Source: Octopus sinensis | Lineage: Eukaryota | Assembly (NCBI RefSeq): GCF_006345805.1 | Contig: NC_043000.1 | Coordinates: forward strand, 151,962,001 to 152,026,000 | DNA length: 64,000 nt | Reading direction: 5' to 3' | In this document: positions 63,414 through 64,000 of the stretch, piece by piece | Layout of the letters: every line of letters starts with the position of its first letter | Position numbering within the stretch: position 1 is the first letter of the stretch | The notes under the pieces: generated by a model | What the model saw: only the letters and a program-made list of their open reading frames with translations | Database searches by the model: none | What the model was told of the DNA's origin: nothing | Program-made: the position numbers and the translations under genes

Positions 63414-64000
63414 TATTATGATCCATTGTACTGTTTTCAGACAGGTGGTTGGTAAAACAAACAGCTAGTCAAACACATACTTTCAAAATAGTCTCTCTCT
63501 ACTCCCATTCAATGAAATATCCAACTTTTGTCTCATCTATTAACTGTAATGGACCTTGTTCATAACAAATAGTTAAATTTTCCTTGCTACTGTAGTTTTC
63601 CTACTTGGTTTGTTATTAAATGTGGTATACAAAGCAGCTGTTACCTGGGTTAGGTACTTTGACCCAAATAATTAAATGACACCTACTAATAATTACTACT
63701 TTAAAACATTGTTATTAGATGGCTGCTTGCAACATCCTTACATGACAATCTATACTTACTTTTTCAAACCATAAGTATCAAATTCATAATTAAAATGTAA
63801 AGATCTGGTTAATGCCAAAATTATATACTTAGTGTTGTATGTTGATATAAACTTGGGATTCCAATTTGAATAATTATGACCTGGATATTCTCATCAAAAT
63901 ATTCACTCTGTTGTTTCCATATATGACTACTTTGCCAAGTGTTTAATGGCTAGTCTTCATTAACTCGTTCAGTATTGCCAATGGCCATCGCACAAACAAT

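Noticed and set aside
58721-64000. RUNDC3 exon 4 (GRAWIR...)
   Set aside because: Searched by eye and not found; probably beyond the window.

Overview
AT-rich, repeat-dense animal genomic DNA, most likely a coleoid cephalopod such as Octopus. That is an inference from the tRNA-derived SINE types and the very high microsatellite load. One host gene is well supported: the first three coding exons of a RUNDC3-family RUN-domain gene on the + strand (36323-36408, 57366-57481, 58587-58720). They splice in frame across a ~21 kb first intron and the gene continues past the window. The largest feature is a full-length Tx1/L1-type non-LTR retrotransposon with two open ORFs (minus strand, ~14741-20893), embedded in a (GATA)n microsatellite. 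Its 3' terminal ~50 nt is shared with an abundant tRNA-headed SINE family, which forms tandem multimers with a fixed junction. The most unusual element is a 544-bp palindrome (24016-24559, 12-bp TSD) with two outward-facing tRNA-like Pol III promoters, each followed by a minimal hammerhead ribozyme of the Penelope type. Two further degenerate hammerhead motifs occur elsewhere. The rest is SINEs, decayed RTE and other LINE fragments, MITEs (hAT, MULE-like, Tc1/pogo-like, piggyBac-like, Merlin-like), two non-autonomous Helitrons and microsatellites. Most ORFs in the supplied track are repeat artefacts. All calls were made by eye with no database search, and SINE family letters A-D are my own labels.
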